DNA from: Promethearchaeota archaeon
GTDB taxonomy: Archaea > Asgardarchaeota > Lokiarchaeia > Sigyniarchaeales > SOKP01
DNA: 10,111 nucleotides
Assembly (NCBI GenBank): GCA_048941285.1
Contig: JBHLNS010000080.1
Span: 1 to 10,111, forward strand
Direction of reading: 5' to 3'
Positions 1 to 7,251 of the stretch are shown piece by piece (positions within the stretch are counted from its first letter, which is position 1; each line of letters begins with the position of its first letter). The notes beneath the pieces are model-generated. The model was not told where the DNA came from. It worked only from the letters and a program-made list of their open reading frames with translations, and searched no databases. Made by a program: the position numbers and the translations under genes.

Positions 1-2
1 AA

Positions 3-227
3 GAAAACCTATTAAATCAATGTTTACAACATTTTTATGCTATAAGAGCTATAACAAAATTAAGAAAAATGCCTTCTACTTCTGAACTTCTTGATTGGAT
101 TGGTGTGTTATTGAAAAGTGGTATCTCTCTTGAAGAATTGAAAAAGGGGATTCCATTTTTAGGAGTCTTAATAAAAAAGGAAAAAGATTTTGAAATAGCT
201 TTAGATAAAATAAAATTTCCAACTTAG
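3..227 (+). CDS. C-terminal fragment of a MoxR-family AAA+ ATPase (5'-truncated by window edge)
   Basis: Hand translation of frame 3: ENLLNQCLQHFYAIRAITKLRKMPSTSELLDWIGVLLKSGISLEELKKGIPFLGVLIKKEKDFEIALDKIKFPT*, TAG at 225-227. FY..R...LRK.PSTSELLDW and IPFLG.LIK.E.D are typical of the C-terminal lid of MoxR-like ATPases. Confidence 0.8.
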   Translation, partial: ENLLNQCLQHFYAIRAITKLRKMPSTSELLDWIGVLLKSGISLEELKKGIPFLGVLIKKEKDFEIALDKIKFPT

Positions 228-391
228 CTCTGTTCTAAAAATGGTAAGTTAAATTTGACACATCATAATATCAAGAATAAGAAATCTTTTAATTGAAACA
301 ATTTTAATAACTGGAAATTTAATCTAAAACTATTGTAGAATTTTTTTTTTTAAAATTATAGATATTATTTTAAAAATATAATTAGATTAAT

Positions 392-1321
392 ATGGAATTT
401 TATGGCACAAATATAAATTTTAAATATAGATATCGAACTGTCTCGATATATCACTTAGATGAAATGCAGGAGGATATCGATAGATTACGATTTGAAGGAA
501 AGCTTAGTGATAATGAAGTATATAGAAGTTATATCGACAGTAAAAAATTTGAAATCCCTGAGAATTTTCCAAATGCCAAATCAATAATAATACTAGCAAT
601 CTTCAGCAAACCAGCATTAGTTAATTTTAATCTGAATGGAACAAAACACGAAGTTATAATCCCCTCAAATTATTATGATGATGGAACAACTTATGAAGAC
701 TTTGAGAATTTAATCTTGAACGATATAATAAAGAAACCGGGATATAGAGTTGAATTTACAAATAAACTTCACGTTAAATTATTAGCAGTGAGGAGTGGCC
801 TTGGAAAATATGGTAGGAATAACATTTGCTATATTGAAGGTTGGGGAAGTATGATAAATCTTTTTGCGTATTTTACAGATTATCAATTTGAAGAAGATAA
901 TTGGACTGAAATAAAAATGATGGAATATTGTGAGAATTGTACAATTTGTGTTAATAATTGTCCTACTCACGCAATTCCAATCCCAAATAATGAGAATTTT
1001 GTAATAAATGCTGGTAAATGCATCTCTGTATATAATGAAATAAAGGGTATAATTCCTGACTGGATCCCTTCTGATGCTCATAATGCTTTAATAGGATGCA
1101 TGAAATGTCAAAAAAAATGTCCCGCTAATCGTGAATTGATCTCTCTAACAGAAAGATTTGAAGACATAAATCAAGAAGAGACTAAAATGCTATTGGATGG
1201 TAATAATAATGAAAAGTTGGGAGATTCTTTATCTAGAAAGCTAAAAATGTTCACTCCCCCTGATGCAGAACGAATACTTCCTGTGATTAAGAGAAATCTC
1301 TTATATCTGCTCAGATCTTAG
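392..1321 (+). CDS. QueG/reductive dehalogenase-superfamily double [4Fe-4S] protein (epoxyqueuosine reductase-like, probably cobalamin-binding; true substrate uncertain)
   Basis: 309 aa. KLLAVRSGLGKYGRNNI (K..A..AGLG..GKN motif), CENCTICVNNCPTHAI, CIS and GCMKCQKKCPAN give the Cys layout of the QueG-type double-cluster domain. Confidence 0.8.
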   Translation: MEFYGTNINFKYRYRTVSIYHLDEMQEDIDRLRFEGKLSDNEVYRSYIDSKKFEIPENFPNAKSIIILAIFSKPALVNFNLNGTKHEVIIPSNYYDDGTTYEDFENLILNDIIKKPGYRVEFTNKLHVKLLAVRSGLGKYGRNNICYIEGWGSMINLFAYFTDYQFEEDNWTEIKMMEYCENCTICVNNCPTHAIPIPNNENFVINAGKCISVYNEIKGIIPDWIPSDAHNALIGCMKCQKKCPANRELISLTERFEDINQEETKMLLDGNNNEKLGDSLSRKLKMFTPPDAERILPVIKRNLLYLLRS

Positions 1322-1432
1322 AAATTATAATTCAAATTTCTAGTTTGATTTCCCAAGATCTAGATTTTTTGTTTTTAAATAATTTTCAATTCTAAAATAT
1401 TTGAGTTAACTAGAAAACTTAATTATAAATAC

Positions 1433-1493
1433 AAAAACTTTATATATAACTATTTAATTACATTTAATTAAGTTCAATTAAACTTAGTTAAAT
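1433..1493 (+). promoter_or_regulatory. Putative archaeal promoter (A-rich BRE + TTTATATA) followed by a 13-bp-arm inverted repeat (candidate operator)
   Basis: AAAAACTTTATATATA at ~1433-1448; ATTTAATTAAGTT (1462-1474) - 6 nt - AACTTAGTTAAAT (1481-1493), one mismatch; 30 nt upstream of ATG 1523. Confidence 0.45.
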
Positions 1494-1522
1494 ATAATTA
1501 AAAAATATTAAAGGTTAAAAAA

Positions 1523-1678
1523 ATGACTTTAAGTTGGGAAGTTGGAAAAGAGGCGCGGGAATTAGATAAAAAATCAATTAAAGAAAGAATGAAGGTTGAG
1601 GGACGTTCTGTTAAGAGAGTTGGGTATGCTATGGTTTTTTATTCTATAATGATGGTATTATTTTATATATTCTTGTAA
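1523..1678 (+). CDS. Small 51-aa hypothetical protein with a C-terminal transmembrane helix (not in the ORF track)
   Basis: MTLSWEVGKEARELDKKSIKERMKVEGRSVKRVGYAMVFYSIMMVLFYIFL*; AAGGT RBS-like sequence upstream; G-rich coding-like composition compared with the flanks; stop 12 nt before the TauE start. Confidence 0.7.
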   Translation: MTLSWEVGKEARELDKKSIKERMKVEGRSVKRVGYAMVFYSIMMVLFYIFL

Positions 1679-1690
1679 GGTCTTAGAATT

Positions 1691-2482
1691 ATGGAATTAA
1701 TTCTATTAATTATTATTTTTGCTTTTATTTTTGAATCGATGGATTCTATGGCAGGGATGGGTTTTGGAACAGCATTATCCCCTCTGTTATTCCTATTAGG
1801 TTATACACCGCTTCAAGTTGTTCCAGCTATCCTTATTTCTGAAGCCATAACTGGTGCAGTTGATACTTTTTTTGACCATGAATTTAAAAATGTTCGTTAT
1901 TCCTTCCGACCATTAAATGATGCTACAAAAATTGGGCTAATAGTCGCTTTCTTTGGATGCTTAGCTATTTTCGCTTCAGTTATTTTGGGTTACTTTGCTA
2001 TAAGTTTTCCTAGTATTGTAATAAAAACATATGTAGCAGTACTCGTTATTTTTATGGGTTTCTCAGGACTTATCAGAGTTAAACTAAGAAAAATGGAGTT
2101 TTCTAAACCACATTCAAAATTATTAATTGGATTTTCGGCACTAGCAGGTTTTAATAAAGGAATTGGTGGAGGAGGATACGGGCCAGTAATTACAATGGGA
2201 CAGATTTTTTCAGGTGTTTATGAAAAAAGTGCCACTGCAATTGTATCATTTTCAGAATCAATTGTATCGGTTGTAGGGATTCTTACATTTTTTTTAATAA
2301 GTTTTGCTGGTGTAAATGTTGATCTAGTCCTTCTGCCTTCTTTATTTACAGGTGGATTTATAGCAGCACTTTCTGCTCCTTATTTAGTGAGAGTTATCCC
2401 GAATAAAATATGGCAATATTTCATTCCACTGTATGCATTTGGAATTGGTATATATTTGATTTTACAGATTTTTGTTTTTTAA
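1691..2482 (+). CDS. Sulfite exporter TauE/SafE family (TSUP) membrane protein
   Basis: 263 aa, about 8 hydrophobic segments in two repeats with glycine motifs DSMAGMGFGT...P and GFNKGIGGGGYGP. Confidence 0.88.
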   Translation: MELILLIIIFAFIFESMDSMAGMGFGTALSPLLFLLGYTPLQVVPAILISEAITGAVDTFFDHEFKNVRYSFRPLNDATKIGLIVAFFGCLAIFASVILGYFAISFPSIVIKTYVAVLVIFMGFSGLIRVKLRKMEFSKPHSKLLIGFSALAGFNKGIGGGGYGPVITMGQIFSGVYEKSATAIVSFSESIVSVVGILTFFLISFAGVNVDLVLLPSLFTGGFIAALSAPYLVRVIPNKIWQYFIPLYAFGIGIYLILQIFVF

Positions 2483-2989
2483 TTTCAAATAATATAATTA
2501 ATTTCTAAAAATCCTTTTATTATTTTAGTAAAGTTTCTAAAAATCATTTTCAACTAAATCAGGATTATCAAAATATCAAAATAAGCCGAGCTTTTCAATC
2601 CCCTGACAAATGTGTCAAGTCTTATAAATTTTTTTAAAATGCTTCATAGAATTAATTTTCGAGAATAAAAATAATACACATATTTGTTCTAAATCATAAT
2701 TCTTGCTAGTTAAATTAGAGATCAAAAGATTAGTTCTATTTATTTAAAAAAATTAAGGAAAGAAATACTTTTTTTCCACTTTTAGCAAGGAGTCAAAAAG
2801 TTATATTAGGGGTTGGTATTCAAAATTTAAAATAGAACTATCCTTTTCATTAATTAAATGTTGTTTTTCAATATATATGTATTTCCATACAGATCATTTT
2901 TATATACCAAATAATATAATATACATGATGAATTCAAAAATATTATTATCAAAAACAATAATTCCAATTTATACGTAAAATGTTGAAAA

Positions 2990-4426
2990 ATGAAAACTAA
3001 AGAACAAATGATTGAATATATGCAGTGTGAAATTTCCTCGTATGGATTTCGAGATTTATTTGATTTAGTTATAAGTAAACAAAATTGTGTAAATTGTGGA
3101 GCTTGCCTTTCTATATGTCCTCGTATTGGGGTCGAAGGAAATACGCCCATTCTGAAAGATTATGACCCAGAATGCTCATTATGTTTTAAATATTGTACAA
3201 GAACTTTTTTTCCAAGAGATTTATTCGAAAAGGAATTTTTCAAAGAAGATGTTCAAAAGGATTTTCTCCTTGGGGAGTTTAACAATATAACTGCAGCGAA
3301 AAGTACTAATAATAATATTTTGGCTAATTCTCAAAACGGTGGAATTGTAACTACATTACTTATCCATGCATTAGAAACAAAATTAATTGATGGAGCTCTT
3401 ATAGCTAGTAAGGATAAAAACTGGAATCCTAAACCCATTGTAGCAAGGACTCCAAAAGAAATAATTGAAGCATCAGGTTCTATGTATGCTATGATACCAA
3501 CTTTAAGTATATATAAAGATGTTGTTAATAAATATAAAATTGAAAACCTTGGATTTGTAGGTTTACCATGTCAAATTCAGGCAGTAAGAAAATTTCAAAT
3601 TTGGCCACCTCTCTCAGATAAATTTGGTAAATTTAAGTTAATTATAGGGTTATTTTGTTCATCTAATTATTCATTTGAATCAATGAATAGCCTCATACAA
3701 AATTTGATTGGAGTTCCTTTTTGGGAAATTAAAAAACTTGATGTTTCTCATGGTAAATTTATTGCTTATTTACATAACGGGACAATTAAAGAAGTTTCTA
3801 TAGAAGATACAACAAATTATCATTATCCTAGTTGTGAATATTGCAAAGATTATACTGCAGAATTTGCGGATATTTCAGTTGGGAGTATAGGTGCCCCTGG
3901 AGATAATTGGAATAGTGTTGTTATTCGCTCTGGAGTTGGTCAAATGCTCTTTAATGATGCTCTTACACAGGGAAAAATAGTTAATTCAAATAATATAGAT
4001 CTTTTAAAAATTAAGAAAGCTTCTAGAAAGAAGAAAACGCAAGTCAAGGATACAACCGATAAAATCTATTCTGGTCTAGAATTTTTGGATATTACTAAAC
4101 CTCAAGTAAAAGTATACACCACTCTTCTATCCTTAGGAGAAGCTGATCTTCTTATGTTGAGTGATGTTATGAAACTAAAACCAGAAATGATTTATAACTT
4201 GCTTAAAACATTAAAACAGAGAAAATGGATATATAAGCACCAAAATGGCTACAGACCAATTAATCCTAGGCAAGTAATGAAAAATGAAATCGATCAATAC
4301 TTAAACCAATTTAAAGAACGTATTGATATTATTAAATTTAAAATTCTAAAGGATTTAAATACTATTTTCATACAAAACAACCTAATGAGTGTAGAGGATT
4401 TAGATTTTATGGATATAATACTTTAG
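2990..4426 (+). CDS. Coenzyme F420 hydrogenase/dehydrogenase beta-subunit (FrhB/FdhB/FpoF-like) protein with N-terminal ferredoxin domain and C-terminal TrmB-like winged-helix domain
   Basis: CVNCGACLSICP and CSLCFKYC; FrhB motifs SQNGGIVTTLL, IDGA, ASGSMY, VGLPCQ, IGLFC, CEYCKDYTAEFADISVGSIG; from nt ~4061 LEFLDITKPQVKVYTTLLSLG...IYNLLKTLKQRKWI...YRPINP resembles the TrmB N-terminal HTH. Confidence 0.85.
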   Translation: MKTKEQMIEYMQCEISSYGFRDLFDLVISKQNCVNCGACLSICPRIGVEGNTPILKDYDPECSLCFKYCTRTFFPRDLFEKEFFKEDVQKDFLLGEFNNITAAKSTNNNILANSQNGGIVTTLLIHALETKLIDGALIASKDKNWNPKPIVARTPKEIIEASGSMYAMIPTLSIYKDVVNKYKIENLGFVGLPCQIQAVRKFQIWPPLSDKFGKFKLIIGLFCSSNYSFESMNSLIQNLIGVPFWEIKKLDVSHGKFIAYLHNGTIKEVSIEDTTNYHYPSCEYCKDYTAEFADISVGSIGAPGDNWNSVVIRSGVGQMLFNDALTQGKIVNSNNIDLLKIKKASRKKKTQVKDTTDKIYSGLEFLDITKPQVKVYTTLLSLGEADLLMLSDVMKLKPEMIYNLLKTLKQRKWIYKHQNGYRPINPRQVMKNEIDQYLNQFKERIDIIKFKILKDLNTIFIQNNLMSVEDLDFMDIIL

Positions 4427-4538
4427 TTCTTTAATCTCAAATATTATACTCAATTTCTAATATTTTTTTTTGATTTAAATAGGCGTTTAAAGAATACTTT
4501 AAAATTAATTAGGGTATATTTATATACTAAAAATATAC

Positions 4539-4702
4539 CGAATAATATTCGTCATGAACTTCGTATAATCATATAACATACGAATAAAAGACTGAAATTC
4601 GAACTATTTTCGATATATTTAAATATAATTGAATCTATATTAAATATTAGAAAACAAGAAAATATAAGGTTAAACAAAAAAAGTAAAAATGAATTTCATT
4701 CA
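4539..4702 (+). promoter_or_regulatory. Promoter of the Zn-finger-Lrp gene with phased YGAA-N5-TTCR boxes and a TATA box
   Basis: CGAATAATATTCG 4539-4551 (perfect palindrome), degenerate CATATAACATACG 4570-4582, CGAACTATTTTCG 4600-4612, TTTAAATA 4618-4625, TGAATTTCATTCA 4690-4702. Confidence 0.6.
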
Positions 4703-4764
4703 GTGTGGAATAAAACCAAAAATAAAAAATTACAAATTTAAATTTATCAAAAGAGTTGATTTTA

Positions 4765-5352
4765 ATGGTAACCTGTCCAAAATGTGGAGAAGAATACTCC
4801 TTAGGTAGAAAAATTTATCATAGTTGTTGTGAAGATTTTTCAATAGAACACGGAGTTATTTTTAATGATGATCGTAAGGCTCGTTCTTGGAACTGCTATT
4901 GTATCGATGATATAGATAAGAAAATTTTGAATGTTTTACAAAAAAATGATAAAATCTCATATAGAGAATTATCAGAAAAGTTAAAATTAGCTGCGAGTAC
5001 GATACATAATAGAGTCACCAAAATGATTGAAGAAGAAATAATAAAGCAATTTGGAGCTATTATAGATCCTGAAAAAATCGGTTATAATACAATAGCAATT
5101 ATTGGACTCTCAGTTGATCCAGTGAAAATGAATGAAATTGCAGAGATAATAGCCTCATACGATGAAACTCAGCTTGTAGCGATTTCATCAGGAGATCATG
5201 ATATTATTGCTCAGATCATTGCTAAAGATGAAAAATCCCTCTGGAATTTTATAAATATAAAAATTAAGACTATAAGTGGAATAAAACCTCATATCCATGT
5301 ATCAAACTTCTTAGATGTATTTAAATCTACACATGCTATAAAAATCGCTTAA
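4765..5352 (+). CDS. Lrp/AsnC family transcriptional regulator with an N-terminal Cys/His-rich (zinc-finger-like) extension
   Basis: IDDIDKKILNVLQKNDKISYRELSEKLKLAASTIHNRVTKMIEEEII (Lrp HTH), DPEKIGY linker, SGDHDI RAM domain; N-terminus MVTCPKCG..HSCC..CYC. ATG 4765 preferred over TTG 4756 because the RBS-like GAGTTGA lies at 4753-4759. Confidence 0.92.
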   Translation: MVTCPKCGEEYSLGRKIYHSCCEDFSIEHGVIFNDDRKARSWNCYCIDDIDKKILNVLQKNDKISYRELSEKLKLAASTIHNRVTKMIEEEIIKQFGAIIDPEKIGYNTIAIIGLSVDPVKMNEIAEIIASYDETQLVAISSGDHDIIAQIIAKDEKSLWNFINIKIKTISGIKPHIHVSNFLDVFKSTHAIKIA

Positions 5353-5361
5353 ACATAAAAT

Positions 5362-5395
5362 AATCTGAAATCACTGATGTTAAATCTTTCAGATT
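5362..5395. terminator. Hairpin between convergent genes (possible bidirectional terminator)
   Basis: AATCTGAAA (5362-5370) and TTTCAGATT (5387-5395) are a perfect 9-bp inverted repeat, with a T-run on the right and an A-run on the left, in the gap between the stops at 5352 and 5415. Confidence 0.5.
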
Positions 5396-5414
5396 TTAAA
5401 CACTTTATTTTTAT

Positions 5415-5861
5415 CTATTCATCATTAAACTGCTTTACGATTGTAAACCAAAAATTCACAATTGAATTAATAATTCTAGAAAATTCTTTCATTTCTAAAG
5501 GCTTAATTACATAGCAGTTTGCATGGAGATTATAAGCTTTTATTAAATCTTCTTTAGCATCAGATACTGTCAGAATTACAATAGGAATCCGCTTTAATTC
5601 TTCATGCTTTTTAATCTCTTCCAATACGTGAAAAGCATTCATCTTTGGCAAATTCAAGTCTAAAAGTATTAGATTTGGGCTGTCTACATTGCTATACTTA
5701 CCTTGTTTCTTTAAATATTCAATTGCTTCAACACCATCTCTTACTACTTCTAAACTACTAACAATCCTATTTTCATGCAGAACTTCCCTAGTAAGGCGAA
5801 TATCTGCGGCATTGTCTTCAACGAGTAAGATTTTTGCTTTTACTTTTGTGTATCTATTCAT
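5415..5861 (-). CDS. Stand-alone response regulator receiver (Rcp1-like)
   Basis: KILLVEDNAADIRLT, LILLDLNLPKMN (phospho-acceptor Asp), IPIVILTVS, AYNLHANCYVIKP; AGGAG RBS upstream; 17 nt downstream of the kinase. Confidence 0.93.
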   Translation of the reverse strand: MNRYTKVKAKILLVEDNAADIRLTREVLHENRIVSSLEVVRDGVEAIEYLKKQGKYSNVDSPNLILLDLNLPKMNAFHVLEEIKKHEELKRIPIVILTVSDAKEDLIKAYNLHANCYVIKPLEMKEFSRIINSIVNFWFTIVKQFNDE

Positions 5862-5878
5862 TATTTTTTCTCCTTATT

Positions 5879-6940
5879 CTAAAATTTTTCAGGAATAATT
5901 GTAAAAAAAAACGTTGATCCTTTTCCTAATTCTGATTCTACCCATATTTTTCCATTATATCTTTGAACTATCTTTTTACATATAGGTAATCCTATCCCAG
6001 TACCTGGATATTCTTCTTTAGTATGTAACCGATAAAAAATATTAAAAAGCTTATCAAAAAACTTTGAGTCAATGCCAATCCCATTATCTTTTACTGAGAA
6101 TAACCACTCCTCATTAATTCTTTTCACACTTATGTGTATTCTTGGTGGTTCTTCTCTTCGAAATTTGATGGCATTACTAATGAGATTCTGAAATAATTGA
6201 ATAAATTGGGTTTTATCAACCTTTAATATTGGCATTCTATCATAAGTTATAACTGCACTACTTTCTTTAATTGCTTCTTGTAAATTATATAAAGCATCTT
6301 TTAATATCTTCTCAATACTGATTATTTTTGAAGGTTTAGCATGAGTAGTGATCCTTGAATAGGATAATAAATCTTTGATGAGAGTATTCATATTTTTTGC
6401 GCCGTCTGTAATAAATTTAATGAATTCTTTACCGTCTTTATTTATTTTATCGTAATATTTATCTTCTAAAAGTTGAGAAAAACTTACTATTGCTCTTAAA
6501 GGTTCTTGTAGATCATGGGATGCTACATAAGCAAATTGTTGTAAATCTTCATTCGAACGTTTTAGATCTTCCATTATATCATTAAACTCATCTTCTCTTT
6601 TCAAAATATGTTCGGATAATGAAGATACTACAATTCCAATAATTATTAATGAAATTGCTCTCAAAAAATTGTTTAGAAGTTCTATATTAAAAATTTCATT
6701 TTCCGGGATGAGATTAAAAATGATTAATATTATAGCTAAAATAACAGGGATAATTAAACCCTTTCTTTTCCACCACAAACATGCTAAGATTGAAGGAAAA
6801 TAGAAAAAATGTGCTACTAAAATAGATGTTTTAAGTACAATCTCGAAATAATAAATTAATACAAATGAGACTACCATTAAAATTAAAATAATTATGATTC
6901 GTATTCTTTGTTCCTTAAGGTTCAATTTCATTTCAAGCAT
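5879..6940 (-). CDS. Membrane-bound sensor histidine kinase (about 4 TM + HisKA + HATPase_c; Cph1-like kinase core)
   Basis: H-box FAYVASHDLQEPLR, N-box QLFQNLISNAIKF, G1 VKDNGIGI, F-box LFNIFYRLH, G2 GTGIGLPICKKIV; four hydrophobic N-terminal segments. Confidence 0.95.
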   Translation of the reverse strand: MLEMKLNLKEQRIRIIIILILMVVSFVLIYYFEIVLKTSILVAHFFYFPSILACLWWKRKGLIIPVILAIILIIFNLIPENEIFNIELLNNFLRAISLIIIGIVVSSLSEHILKREDEFNDIMEDLKRSNEDLQQFAYVASHDLQEPLRAIVSFSQLLEDKYYDKINKDGKEFIKFITDGAKNMNTLIKDLLSYSRITTHAKPSKIISIEKILKDALYNLQEAIKESSAVITYDRMPILKVDKTQFIQLFQNLISNAIKFRREEPPRIHISVKRINEEWLFSVKDNGIGIDSKFFDKLFNIFYRLHTKEEYPGTGIGLPICKKIVQRYNGKIWVESELGKGSTFFFTIIPEKF

Positions 6941-7169
6941 TTTTCAATTAACTATCATAGAGAATATTTTTTGTTGTTAAGAATATTGTACAATATAAAT
7001 TGTGTTTTGCCGAATAAAAATATGATTATTTTTAATTGATAAAACAAGATTTCAAATTTCAATAATTGTACTATATTCAAATTATTATTATCTCACCTAT
7101 TTACCATGATGCATTTCTAAAAAAATTAGTCTATTTATACTGTAAATAAAAAAATTATAAATATTAAAA

Positions 7170-7182
7170 TGAATATTATTCA
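7170..7182. promoter_or_regulatory. Palindromic YGAA-N5-TTCR box upstream of the REC-Lrp gene
   Basis: TGAATATTATTCA, perfect 6-1-6 palindrome, just downstream of TTATAAAT (7155-7162); 12/13 identical to the gdh box at 9568-9580 read on the minus strand. Confidence 0.55.
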
Positions 7183-7251
7183 GATTAAAGAACAAAGTGT
7201 TGGAAAAATTCTTAATGTTGATTACAAAAAAATTATTTGGGGTGAACAAAA

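Noticed and set aside
341-351. T11 homopolymer (and the A-runs at ~9830-9940) as phase-variation tracts
   Set aside because: Intergenic runs in very AT-rich DNA downstream of genes; better explained as archaeal oligo-T terminators or composition.
782-1081. 99-aa minus-strand ORF
   Set aside because: Lies wholly antisense within the well-supported QueG-like gene and has no motifs.
2854-3150. 98-aa minus-strand ORF
   Set aside because: Overlaps the frhB-like ferredoxin region antisense; the remainder is AT-driven I/F/L/Y-rich sequence.
2990-4426. F420-reducing hydrogenase operon (frhB symbol) or F420-dependent sulfite reductase
   Set aside because: No frhA/G/D neighbours and no siroheme sulfite reductase domain, so no gene symbol was assigned.
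4539-4702. CRISPR-like mini array from the periodic GAA/TTC motifs
   Set aside because: Units are 13-bp degenerate palindromes with ~30-bp period, too short for repeat-spacer structure, and no cas genes are present.
5362-5395. Possible SECIS-like element / selenoprotein
   Set aside because: The stem is plain Watson-Crick with no GA-quartet geometry, and none of the called genes needs UGA readthrough.
5689-5898. 69-aa plus-strand ORF
   Set aside because: Antisense shadow of the receiver gene.
5879-6940. Phytochrome / light sensor call
   Set aside because: The kinase core and receiver are Cph1/Rcp1-like, but no PAS-GAF-PHY domains are present.
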